The notes below the pieces were generated by a model. It searched no databases. It was not told the origin of the DNA and saw only the letters and a list, made by a program, of their open reading frames with translations. The position numbers were made by a program, and so were the translations under genes. Source: an uncultured Defluviitaleaceae bacterium (GTDB lineage: Bacteria > Bacillota > Clostridia > Lachnospirales > WRBF01). Taken from it: 64,000 nt of DNA. Below, piece by piece: positions 34,800 to 42,472 of this stretch; the first letter of the stretch is position 1, and the number at the start of each line of letters is the position of its first letter. The DNA lies in contig CAZBLK010000002.1 in NCBI GenBank assembly GCA_964492715.1, positions 66,896 through 130,895 on the forward strand, read 5' to 3'.

Positions 34800-35270
34800 A
34801 TGAAAATTACTCATTGTGGTTTATATAATGTTAGTGATGAATATTTTGCAAAATTCAAATGTGAATTTTTTACAGAAAACAAGGAAGAAATGCGCCCGTA
34901 CTATTTAGCCCTAACTGATTTAGATGGAATTATTTGGTTAATTCCTCTTAGTTCTCAAGCAAATTCATACAGGCAAAAAATTGAAAAAGATGAATTAAAG
35001 TATGGAGAATGCTTGTTTTACCATATCGGAAAAATTGCTGACAAAGAGAGAGTCTTTTTAATTGGTCAAATCATTCCTATAACACCTAAGTACATAAAAA
35101 AGGAATTTACAATAAGTAGTTTGCATTATGTTGTTCGAGATGAAAAACTTGTTAAGTCTATACGTAAAAAGGCAAATAAGTATTTGAGGTTTGTGGTAGA
35201 TGGCAGGTTGCGCCCAACTATTAATATTTATAAATTCAAAGAAGTGCTTCTGGCAGATGTGCAACAATAA
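34800..35270 (+). CDS. ToxN/AbiQ/CptN-superfamily endoribonuclease toxin (type III TA)
   Basis: 156 aa from the ATG at 34800, with a GGAG RBS. N-terminal MKITHCGLYNVSDEYFAKF and RPYYLALTDLDGIIWLIPLSSQ resemble the ToxN pattern (..YIEYL.., ..GHKYLAPLTSPK). Size and locus architecture match type III toxins. The local DNA looks AT-rich by eye. Confidence 0.7.
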   Translation: MKITHCGLYNVSDEYFAKFKCEFFTENKEEMRPYYLALTDLDGIIWLIPLSSQANSYRQKIEKDELKYGECLFYHIGKIADKERVFLIGQIIPITPKYIKKEFTISSLHYVVRDEKLVKSIRKKANKYLRFVVDGRLRPTINIYKFKEVLLADVQQ

Positions 35271-35274
35271 AAAA

Positions 35275-35290
35275 GCCGCCCTAGGGCGGC
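35275..35290. terminator. Bidirectional hairpin between the toxin gene and gdh
   Basis: GCCGCC-ctag-GGCGGC flanked by A-run and T-run sequence on both sides. Confidence 0.6.
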
Positions 35291-35315
35291 ATAAATTTTT
35301 AAATCAACTGACGAT

Positions 35316-36575
35316 TTACGGGAAAATCCCTCTAATCTTTTTAGCAGCAACAAGCCTTTTCAAAGCAACCATATAAGCGCCAGTTCTATAAGTCACATTG
35401 TTTTCTTGAACTGTAGCGTGAACCTCGTCAAACGCCTTTTTAATAATAATTTCAAGACGCTTGTTAACTTCATCTTCTTCCCACATGAAAGATTGTTCGT
35501 TTTGAACCCACTCAAAGTAAGAAACTACAACACCGCCAGCGTTTGCCAAAATGTCAGGCATAATGTAAACACCCTTATCAGCAAGAATTTGGTCAGCTTC
35601 AAAAGAAGTTGGGCCGTTTGCGCCCTCAACAATTACTTTTGCTTTAACGTTTGGTGCAACCTCTGCTGTAATTTGGTTTTCCAAAGCGGCTGGAATTAAA
35701 AGGTCACATTCGCATGTAAGTGTTTCCGTGTTTGAAATGTGGCTTACGCCGTCTTTTTCGTAGCTGTCAAAAAACTTACCAGTGTTTTTGTAGTAAGAAG
35801 CAAGCTCTTCGGCGTCAAGACCGTCAGCACAGTATAAACCGCCAGAAACGTCACTCATTGCAACAATTTTGCAGCCAAGCTTTTGCAAAAGAATTGCAGC
35901 AACACCGCCAACATTGCCGCTGCCTTGTACAGCAACACGAAGACCTTCAAGCTCCATGCCTAAATGGTTTAAAATATGTGTAGCAGTAAGCATTACACCA
36001 CGCCCAGTAGCTTCTACACGACCAAGAGAACCACCAATTTCAATTGGCTTTCCTGTAACAATTGCAGGAACAGAGTAGCCTTTGAACATGCTGTATGTAT
36101 CCATAAACCAAGCCATAATTTCGCCGTTTGTGTTTACATCTGGTGCAGGAATGTCTTGCTCTGGCCCAATTAGTGGCAGAATGCTTGCAACGTAACGCCT
36201 TGTAAGACGGCGCAATTCATTTTTTGAAAGCTTTGAAGGGTCAACTGTAATTCCGCCCTTGCCGCCGCCGTAAGGAATGTTAACAACTGCACATTTAAAA
36301 GACATCCATGCGGCAAGTGCCTTAACCTCGTCCATGTTTACGTCTTGGTGGTACCTTACGCCGCCCTTGTAAGGGCCACGTGTGCTTGAATGCTGAATTC
36401 TATAGCCTTGGAAAACTTTAGTTGAACCGTCGTCCATTTCCACAGGGATAGAAACTTTAAGCTCTCTTTCAGGGTATTTAAAAGTGATATAGTCATTTTC
36501 CGAAAGACCAAGCTTTTTTGCAGCCATGTCCATAACGTCAAGCATGTTTTGATATGGATTGTAATTATTAGACAT
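35316..36575 (-). CDS. gdh: NAD(P)-dependent glutamate dehydrogenase
   Basis: 419 aa from the ATG at 36575. GPYKGGVRYH, the catalytic-Lys motif PYGGGKGG and the dinucleotide fold VQGSGNVG. Confidence 0.9.
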   Translation of the reverse strand: MSNNYNPYQNMLDVMDMAAKKLGLSENDYITFKYPERELKVSIPVEMDDGSTKVFQGYRIQHSSTRGPYKGGVRYHQDVNMDEVKALAAWMSFKCAVVNIPYGGGKGGITVDPSKLSKNELRRLTRRYVASILPLIGPEQDIPAPDVNTNGEIMAWFMDTYSMFKGYSVPAIVTGKPIEIGGSLGRVEATGRGVMLTATHILNHLGMELEGLRVAVQGSGNVGGVAAILLQKLGCKIVAMSDVSGGLYCADGLDAEELASYYKNTGKFFDSYEKDGVSHISNTETLTCECDLLIPAALENQITAEVAPNVKAKVIVEGANGPTSFEADQILADKGVYIMPDILANAGGVVVSYFEWVQNEQSFMWEEDEVNKRLEIIIKKAFDEVHATVQENNVTYRTGAYMVALKRLVAAKKIRGIFP

Positions 36576-36703
36576 AAATTTCCCCTTCCAACATAAAAAA
36601 TTATGCATGAGTGACAGAAGCGTGTTTCAATAAATAGTGTTAAATAAAAAAGTAATGTATAAATTGTTTAATGAATCAGCCTTCAAACACACTCTTTATA
36701 TAT

Positions 36704-36732
36704 ATAATATATAGTTGTGCTGTAAATGTCAA
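36704..36732 (-). promoter_or_regulatory. Sigma-A-type promoter of gdh
   Basis: On the minus strand: TTGACA (36727-36732), 17-nt spacer, TATTAT (36704-36709). Confidence 0.6.
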
Positions 36733-36737
36733 TAGGG

Positions 36738-37388
36738 TTATAGCGTTTTGTTAAGCTTTTCACAAAAAATATGTTGAAATTGATATATATCAATTTCAAA
36801 CGTTTTAAACATTTTGTAAAGGGTAACTATAGGAAGCCCAACTACGTTGTAATAATCCCCATTTATCTTTTCAACAAGTGTTGCACCTTTGCCTTGAATT
36901 GCGTAAGCACCAGCTTTGTCAAACGGCTCTCCTGTTTTGATGTATGAATAAATTTCTTTTTCGTCAAGCTTTCTGAAAGTAACTTCCGTTTTGCAGTATT
37001 GGGTTTTTGAAATTGTGCGCGTGTCCTTTATATTACATATTGAAACGCCAGTAAAAACAAAATGTTCTCTGCCACTTAACATTTTTAACATTTCGTACGC
37101 CTCGGTTTCGTTTTGCGGCTTGCACAAAATTTTCCCCTCAACAAATACAACCGTGTCAGCGCCTATAATATAAGTGTCGCCAGTAGCACAATTGATGTTA
37201 TTTTGTGACACAATTTTGGCGGCTACGGAATTTGCCTTTTCCAGTGACAGCCGTTTAACATAATCGGCTGGTGAACTGTCGCTTTTTATAGCTTCGTCTA
37301 CGTCTGCTAAAACAATTTCAAACTTTAAGCCAAGCTCCTCAAGCAACTTTTTTCGTCTAGGTGATGCCGATGCCAGAACTAATTTCAT
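36738..37388 (-). CDS. maf: Maf-like nucleoside triphosphate pyrophosphatase
   Basis: 216-aa ORF. LVLASASPRRKKLLEELGL, GADTVV and AGAYAIQG motifs. Confidence 0.9.
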   Translation of the reverse strand: MKLVLASASPRRKKLLEELGLKFEIVLADVDEAIKSDSSPADYVKRLSLEKANSVAAKIVSQNNINCATGDTYIIGADTVVFVEGKILCKPQNETEAYEMLKMLSGREHFVFTGVSICNIKDTRTISKTQYCKTEVTFRKLDEKEIYSYIKTGEPFDKAGAYAIQGKGATLVEKINGDYYNVVGLPIVTLYKMFKTFEIDIYQFQHIFCEKLNKTL

Positions 37389-37619
37389 TTTATAACTCCT
37401 CTTATTATATTTTGAGCATATTTTTTTACAAAAATTCTTTTATTTTAATATAATTTGTTGTATAATAAAAATGCAACTATATTTTTTTCAAATTGTTACA
37501 AAAGTATTAATGATATTAAATAAATTTTAATAGAATTGGTAAATAAAATATTTTTTATTGAATGACATTATCTATAACAAAACTACTATACAAAATTAAT
37601 CGAGGGGTGAGCGCAGAGC

Positions 37620-38711
37620 ATGGTATCAAACCAAATTTTACAAAATGCAATAGATGGGCTTAAAAGCATTACAAGGCAAGACATGACAGTTATCGAGCGT
37701 GAAGGCAGAGTTGTTGCAACAACTCATGAAAGCCAGCCTTACGCAGAGCTTGACGGCCTTGACACGTTTATTGCGTCACATGCCGAAAGTCAAAGTATTC
37801 AAGGGTACCAATACTTTAAAGTTTTTGATAACGGTGTGGCTGAATATATAGTTATCATAAAAGGTGTAGAGGAAGAATCTTACTTAGTTGGCAGAATTGC
37901 GGCGTTCCAGCTTCAAAGCTTAATTGTTGCGTACAAAGAACGTTACGACAAAGACAACTTCATCAAAAACCTTTTAATGGATAACCTTCTTTTGGTTGAC
38001 ATTTACAGCAGGGCTAAAAAGCTTCGCATCGAAAACAATGTTAGGCGTGTTGTGTTCCTTATTGAAGCAAAAATTGACAAGGACATGAACGTTGTTGACA
38101 TAATTAGAAACATTTTCCCAGAGCGTCAGCGAGACTTTGTTACTGCCGTTGGAGAAAACAACATTATTTTGGTAAAAGAGCTTAAAGAGCGTGAAGGCAG
38201 AGACGAAGTTAATTCTATTGCAAAAACGCTTCACGACACAGTAAGCAGCGAAGCAATGTGCAACGTTTTTGTTGCAGTTGGTACTGTTGTAACAGATTTG
38301 AAAAACGTAAGTGCTTCTTTTAAAGAAGCTACTATGGCGCTTGAAGTCGGAAAAATTTTTGAAGCTGGCAAAAACATTGTTAATTATGAACAGCTTGGTG
38401 TTGGTCGGCTTATTTACCAGCTTCCTACTGCTATTTGCAAAATTTTCGTTGATGAAGTTCTTCACGGACAATCGCTTGACAGGTTTGACGAAGAAATGTT
38501 TGCGACTGCCGACACTTTCTTTGAAAACAACTTAAACGTTTCAGAAACTGCCAGGCAGCTTTACATTCACAGAAACACGCTTGTTTACAGGCTTGACAAG
38601 CTGCAAAAGCTTACAGGGCTTGACCTTAGAAGCTTTGACGACGCTATCATTTTTAAAATTACGCTTATGGTTTACAAATATATGGAGTACAAGGAAAAGC
38701 TTATGTATTAG
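37620..38711 (+). CDS. PucR/CdaR family transcriptional regulator
   Basis: 363-aa ORF. C-terminal PucR-type HTH ETARQLYIHRNTLVYRLDKLQKLTGLDLRSFDD. Confidence 0.7.
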   Translation: MVSNQILQNAIDGLKSITRQDMTVIEREGRVVATTHESQPYAELDGLDTFIASHAESQSIQGYQYFKVFDNGVAEYIVIIKGVEEESYLVGRIAAFQLQSLIVAYKERYDKDNFIKNLLMDNLLLVDIYSRAKKLRIENNVRRVVFLIEAKIDKDMNVVDIIRNIFPERQRDFVTAVGENNIILVKELKEREGRDEVNSIAKTLHDTVSSEAMCNVFVAVGTVVTDLKNVSASFKEATMALEVGKIFEAGKNIVNYEQLGVGRLIYQLPTAICKIFVDEVLHGQSLDRFDEEMFATADTFFENNLNVSETARQLYIHRNTLVYRLDKLQKLTGLDLRSFDDAIIFKITLMVYKYMEYKEKLMY

Positions 38712-38750
38712 GCTTTGCATTTATGTGTAAGCTTTGTTTGCCTAAATAAC

Positions 38751-38815
38751 AAAAGTTTTGCCCACTTTTTCAAAAGTGGCGGGGTTTGGGGTAGAGCCCC
38801 AAGGTTTTAATTACT
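38751..38815 (+). repeat. GC-rich repeat, copy 6 (variant first hairpin)
   Basis: TTTTGCCCACTTTTTCAAAAGTGGCGGGGTTTGGGGTAGAGCCCCAAGGTTTTAATTAC. The second half matches the family consensus. Confidence 0.65.
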
Positions 38816-38867
38816 ACAGGTTTTGAATTACTGCCCGTGTGTTAAATCCGATTAAGGAAGATGCTTT

Positions 38868-39554
38868 TTGATTGAACTAATAGACGTTACAAAAATTTAT
38901 GAAAATGCTGCAAAGGGCATTTTGAACGTTTCTCTAAAAATTGAAAAGGGCGAGTTTGCCTTTATCGTTGGTACAAGCGGCTCTGGTAAGTCCACTTTGG
39001 TTCGGCTTCTTTTAAAAGAGCTAGAGCCTACCGAGGGTAAAATAATTGTAAACGGCGACAGCTTAACCGAGCTTAAAAGGAAGGAAGTGCCTTTGTTTAG
39101 GCGTAAAATGGGCGTTGTTTTTCAAGACTTTAGGCTTTTGAAAAACAAAACCGTTTACGAAAACGTTGCCTTTGCCATGCAAATTGTTGAAGCTGGTAAC
39201 AGGGAAATTAGGCGTTCTGTTCCTGCTGTTTTGGCAATGGTGGGGCTTCAAAAAAAGGCAAAGGCTTTTCCAAACCAGCTTTCAGGGGGCGAGCAGCAGC
39301 GCACAGCTTTAGCACGTGCAATTGTTAACAAACCATCTTTGCTTCTTTGCGACGAACCAACAGGCAACCTTGACCCACAAACAGCATGGGAAATTATGAA
39401 CCTTTTAGAAGACATTAACGACAGGGGTACAACCGTTGTCGTTGCTACGCACGCAAAGGACATTGTTGACCAAATGAAAAAACGGGTTATTACGTTAAGC
39501 AACGGCGTGCTCCTTAGAGACATTGAAAAAGGCGGTTATAGCGATGAAGCTTAG
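38868..39554 (+). CDS. ftsE: Cell division ABC ATPase FtsE
   Basis: 228-aa ORF with a TTG start. Walker [10 protein letters not shown], signature LSGGEQQR and Walker [13 protein letters not shown]. Confidence 0.9.
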   Translation: MIELIDVTKIYENAAKGILNVSLKIEKGEFAFIVGTSGSGKSTLVRLLLKELEPTEGKIIVNGDSLTELKRKEVPLFRRKMGVVFQDFRLLKNKTVYENVAFAMQIVEAGNREIRRSVPAVLAMVGLQKKAKAFPNQLSGGEQQRTALARAIVNKPSLLLCDEPTGNLDPQTAWEIMNLLEDINDRGTTVVVATHAKDIVDQMKKRVITLSNGVLLRDIEKGGYSDEA

Positions 39555-40449
39555 GAGTATAAGGTACTACATTAGAGAAGCGGTAACAAACCTTTTTAGA
39601 AACAGCTTAATGACACTTGCGTCAATTGGCACAGTTATGTCGTGCATTTTTATACTTTCAATTTCGTTTGCTGTTGCCGCTAATATAGACTTTATTTTGC
39701 ACCAGTTTGGAACTACGCTTGGGTTTAGCGTAATTATCGAAAGAGATACGGACTCAGACACTGTAAACGCTTTGTATAATAAAATAGCGGCTATTGATAA
39801 CATAAAAGCAGTAAAATATGTTTCGTCTGCCGAAGCTTTGCAAAGAATGACTAAAGATTTGAAAGACAACAAAGGAATTTTGGCAGGGCTTGAAAAAGAC
39901 AACCCACTTCCACGCTCGTTTGAAATTACAGTAGCTGACCCTGCGTTTCAAGAAGAAGTAGTAAAAAGCCTTGAGGAACTTTTAGACTTAGGCATTGAAG
40001 AAATAAATTACGAATCGAACATTGCAAACATGCTTGTTGCTATAAATAATGGAATTAGAATTGTTAGCTTTTTCATTATTGCGGCACTTTTTGCTATTGC
40101 CGTCGTAATTATTGTTAATACAGTAAAGCTTACGGTAAACAGCAGAAAAACTGACATTAACATAATGAAATATGTTGGTGCTACGGACTGGTTTATTCGT
40201 TGGCCGTTTATTATTGAAGGAATTTTGATTGGGATAATTGGTGCGGTTATTCCGCTTTTGATAGGGCTTTTTGGTTATGGGCAAATTATAAACTTTGCTT
40301 ATGACAACTTGAAAATTTTGAACAATTTAATTTTGTTTTTGCCTGTAGCTCAAATTTATAATGTGCTTGTGCCGTTTGCACTTGCGCTTGGAATAGTAAT
40401 TGGTGCGTTTGGCAGTGCTTTTTCTATTAAGAAGTATTTAAAGGTGTAA
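39544..40449 (+). CDS. ftsX: Cell division permease-like protein FtsX
   Basis: 301 aa from the ATG at 39544, overlapping ftsE by 11 nt. One TM, a large extracytoplasmic loop and three C-terminal TMs. Confidence 0.85.
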   Translation: MKLRSIRYYIREAVTNLFRNSLMTLASIGTVMSCIFILSISFAVAANIDFILHQFGTTLGFSVIIERDTDSDTVNALYNKIAAIDNIKAVKYVSSAEALQRMTKDLKDNKGILAGLEKDNPLPRSFEITVADPAFQEEVVKSLEELLDLGIEEINYESNIANMLVAINNGIRIVSFFIIAALFAIAVVIIVNTVKLTVNSRKTDINIMKYVGATDWFIRWPFIIEGILIGIIGAVIPLLIGLFGYGQIINFAYDNLKILNNLILFLPVAQIYNVLVPFALALGIVIGAFGSAFSIKKYLKV

Positions 40450-40466
40450 ATTAATGGGGTGATTGC

Positions 40467-41633
40467 TTGAAAAAATATAAGCAAAAGCTTGCTTTGGCTT
40501 TAGCTGTTGTTTTTACTTTGTCGATGCCTTTTAGCATAACAACATATGGTAAAAATGTAAAAGACTTGAAAAACCAGCAAAGCACAATTAAAAGCAACAC
40601 AAAGCAAGCAACTGAACTTTTAAACAAAACAGCAGAGGAAAAACGAGCAGTTCTTTCAGAAGTTGAAACAATTGATGAACAATTGGAAGAAGTTTCCAAT
40701 GAGCTTATTTTAATAAACGATGAGCTTGAAAAAACAACTGCTCTACTTGAAATTACAGAGCAAGAGCTTAAAGATGCCGAAGCAGAGCGTGAAAGGCAGT
40801 ATGAAATTTTAAAGGAACGCTTGCGCTTTATGTACGTAAACAGCAAAGTTGGGTACATTGACATTCTTTTTCAAGCTACCAGTTTGTCGGACTTTTTAAA
40901 CAGAATGGATTACATAACTAGAATTTACGAGTACGACCAAGAAATTCTTGACAAGCTGACAGAAATAGAAGAAAACATTAACACAATGTTACAGGAAACA
41001 ACAGACCATAAAAACGAAATTCAGGCACTTCAGCTTGCACAAACAAGCAAAATGCAATTGCTTGAAGAAACACTTGCAGAGAAAAAGCAAATTGTAAAAA
41101 AGCTTGACGCTGATGAGCAAAAGTACAAAAACCAAATTGAGCAGCTTCAAGCGGCGAATGTTGCCGTTGAAAAAATGATTAAAAACGCTTTGGCAGAGCA
41201 GGCAAAGCTTGCCTCTTCAAAGCAACAGGCTGTTTATACAGGCGGTAAAATTGCATGGCCAATTCCTTCAAGCTCTAACATTACGTCACCTTATGGCCCA
41301 CGCAAAAACCCAATTAACGGCAGGGGTGAAAACCACACAGGCATTGACGTTTCTGCAAAGGTTGGCGCAAGCATTGTTGCGGCCGAGGGTGGCACAGTTA
41401 TTTATTCAGGAGTAATGAATGGATACGGATACGTTGTTATAATTGACCACGGAAATTCACTTAGCACGCTTTACGCACACAACTCAAAGCTTCTTGTTGA
41501 AAAGGGGCAGAAGGTTAATAGGGGGGACGTAATTTCAAAGGCTGGAAGCACTGGGTATTCTACAGGGCCGCACCTTCATTTTGAGGTTAGGGTAAACGGT
41601 GTTGCAACAAACCCTATTCCCTATGTAAAGTAG
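40467..41633 (+). CDS. Coiled-coil M23 peptidoglycan metalloendopeptidase (EnvC/PcsB-like FtsEX partner)
   Basis: 388-aa ORF. Signal peptide, a long coiled coil, and C-terminal M23 motifs HTGIDV and GPHLHFEVRVNG. Confidence 0.9.
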   Translation: MKKYKQKLALALAVVFTLSMPFSITTYGKNVKDLKNQQSTIKSNTKQATELLNKTAEEKRAVLSEVETIDEQLEEVSNELILINDELEKTTALLEITEQELKDAEAERERQYEILKERLRFMYVNSKVGYIDILFQATSLSDFLNRMDYITRIYEYDQEILDKLTEIEENINTMLQETTDHKNEIQALQLAQTSKMQLLEETLAEKKQIVKKLDADEQKYKNQIEQLQAANVAVEKMIKNALAEQAKLASSKQQAVYTGGKIAWPIPSSSNITSPYGPRKNPINGRGENHTGIDVSAKVGASIVAAEGGTVIYSGVMNGYGYVVIIDHGNSLSTLYAHNSKLLVEKGQKVNRGDVISKAGSTGYSTGPHLHFEVRVNGVATNPIPYVK

Positions 41634-41678
41634 GTTGAAAATTTTTGCATTTATATTGTGTCTAAAGGTAGGTGTTGT

Positions 41679-42356
41679 ATGCAGGCAATAATGGAAGGGC
41701 TTTTTGATGCGGTTTATTTAGTTTCGGTTGTTAGCATTGGCTTTTTAATGTATAAAAAAAGCGGCGGCAGAAGGCAGTACAAAATGTTTGGGCTTATGGC
41801 AATTGTTCTTGGGCTTGGAGATTCTTTTCACCTTGTGCCTAGGGTTTATGCACTTTTTACAACCGGGCTTAGGGAAAATGCTGCTATTTTAGGGTTTGGC
41901 AAGCTTGTAACTTCAATTACAATGACAGTTTTTTATGTAATTTTGTTTTTGATTTGGCGTGAACGGTACAAAATTAGCGGTATGAGAGGGATTTCATATT
42001 CAGTTTATGGGCTTGCCGCTTTAAGAATTGCACTGTGTCTTTTTCCGCAAAACGACTGGTTTAACTATGATGCGCCACTTTCTTGGGGCATTTATAGAAA
42101 CATTCCGTTTGCAGCGCTTGGCATTGTTATAATTTTCATTTTTTATAACGAGGCAAAACGCAACGGTGATAAAGCTTTTAAATACATGTGGCTTGCAATT
42201 ACGCTTTCTTTTGCTTTGTATGCGCCTGTTGTTTTGTGGGCAGACACTTACCCAATTGTTGGAATGTTAATGATTCCAAAAACGCTTGCTTATGTTTGGG
42301 TAGTTTTGATGGGTTACTTTGAATTTAGGCGAAGCAACAGGCTGAAAGTTGTATAG
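41679..42356 (+). CDS. Seven-TM integral membrane protein, unknown function
   Basis: 225 aa from the ATG at 41679, with an AAGGTAGGTG RBS. Seven hydrophobic segments; the positive-inside rule suggests N-out/C-in. Conserved-looking GLGDSFHLVPR. Confidence 0.6.
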   Translation: MQAIMEGLFDAVYLVSVVSIGFLMYKKSGGRRQYKMFGLMAIVLGLGDSFHLVPRVYALFTTGLRENAAILGFGKLVTSITMTVFYVILFLIWRERYKISGMRGISYSVYGLAALRIALCLFPQNDWFNYDAPLSWGIYRNIPFAALGIVIIFIFYNEAKRNGDKAFKYMWLAITLSFALYAPVVLWADTYPIVGMLMIPKTLAYVWVVLMGYFEFRRSNRLKVV

Positions 42357-42411
42357 ATATTGTTATTACAAAAATTGTTAATAATTTATTAACAATTTTA
42401 TGGTAATTAAG

Positions 42412-42440
42412 TTGACATTTTGTGTCCTCTATATTACAAT
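42412..42440 (+). promoter_or_regulatory. Near-consensus sigma-A promoter of the FMN-binding protein gene
   Basis: TTGACA (42412-42417), 17-nt spacer, TACAAT (42435-42440). Confidence 0.65.
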
Positions 42441-42472
42441 ATTCCAATAAAATATTATAGGGAGAGATTAAT

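Noticed and set aside
41679-42356. Microbial rhodopsin or heliorhodopsin idea for the 7-TM protein (Lys in the middle of TM7, an SFHLV motif in TM2)
   Set aside because: It has no RYxDW- or DxxxK-type motif and no counter-ion residue pattern. The similarity to heliorhodopsin is limited to a few residues recalled from memory, and the host appears to be an anaerobe. Left as an unknown membrane protein.
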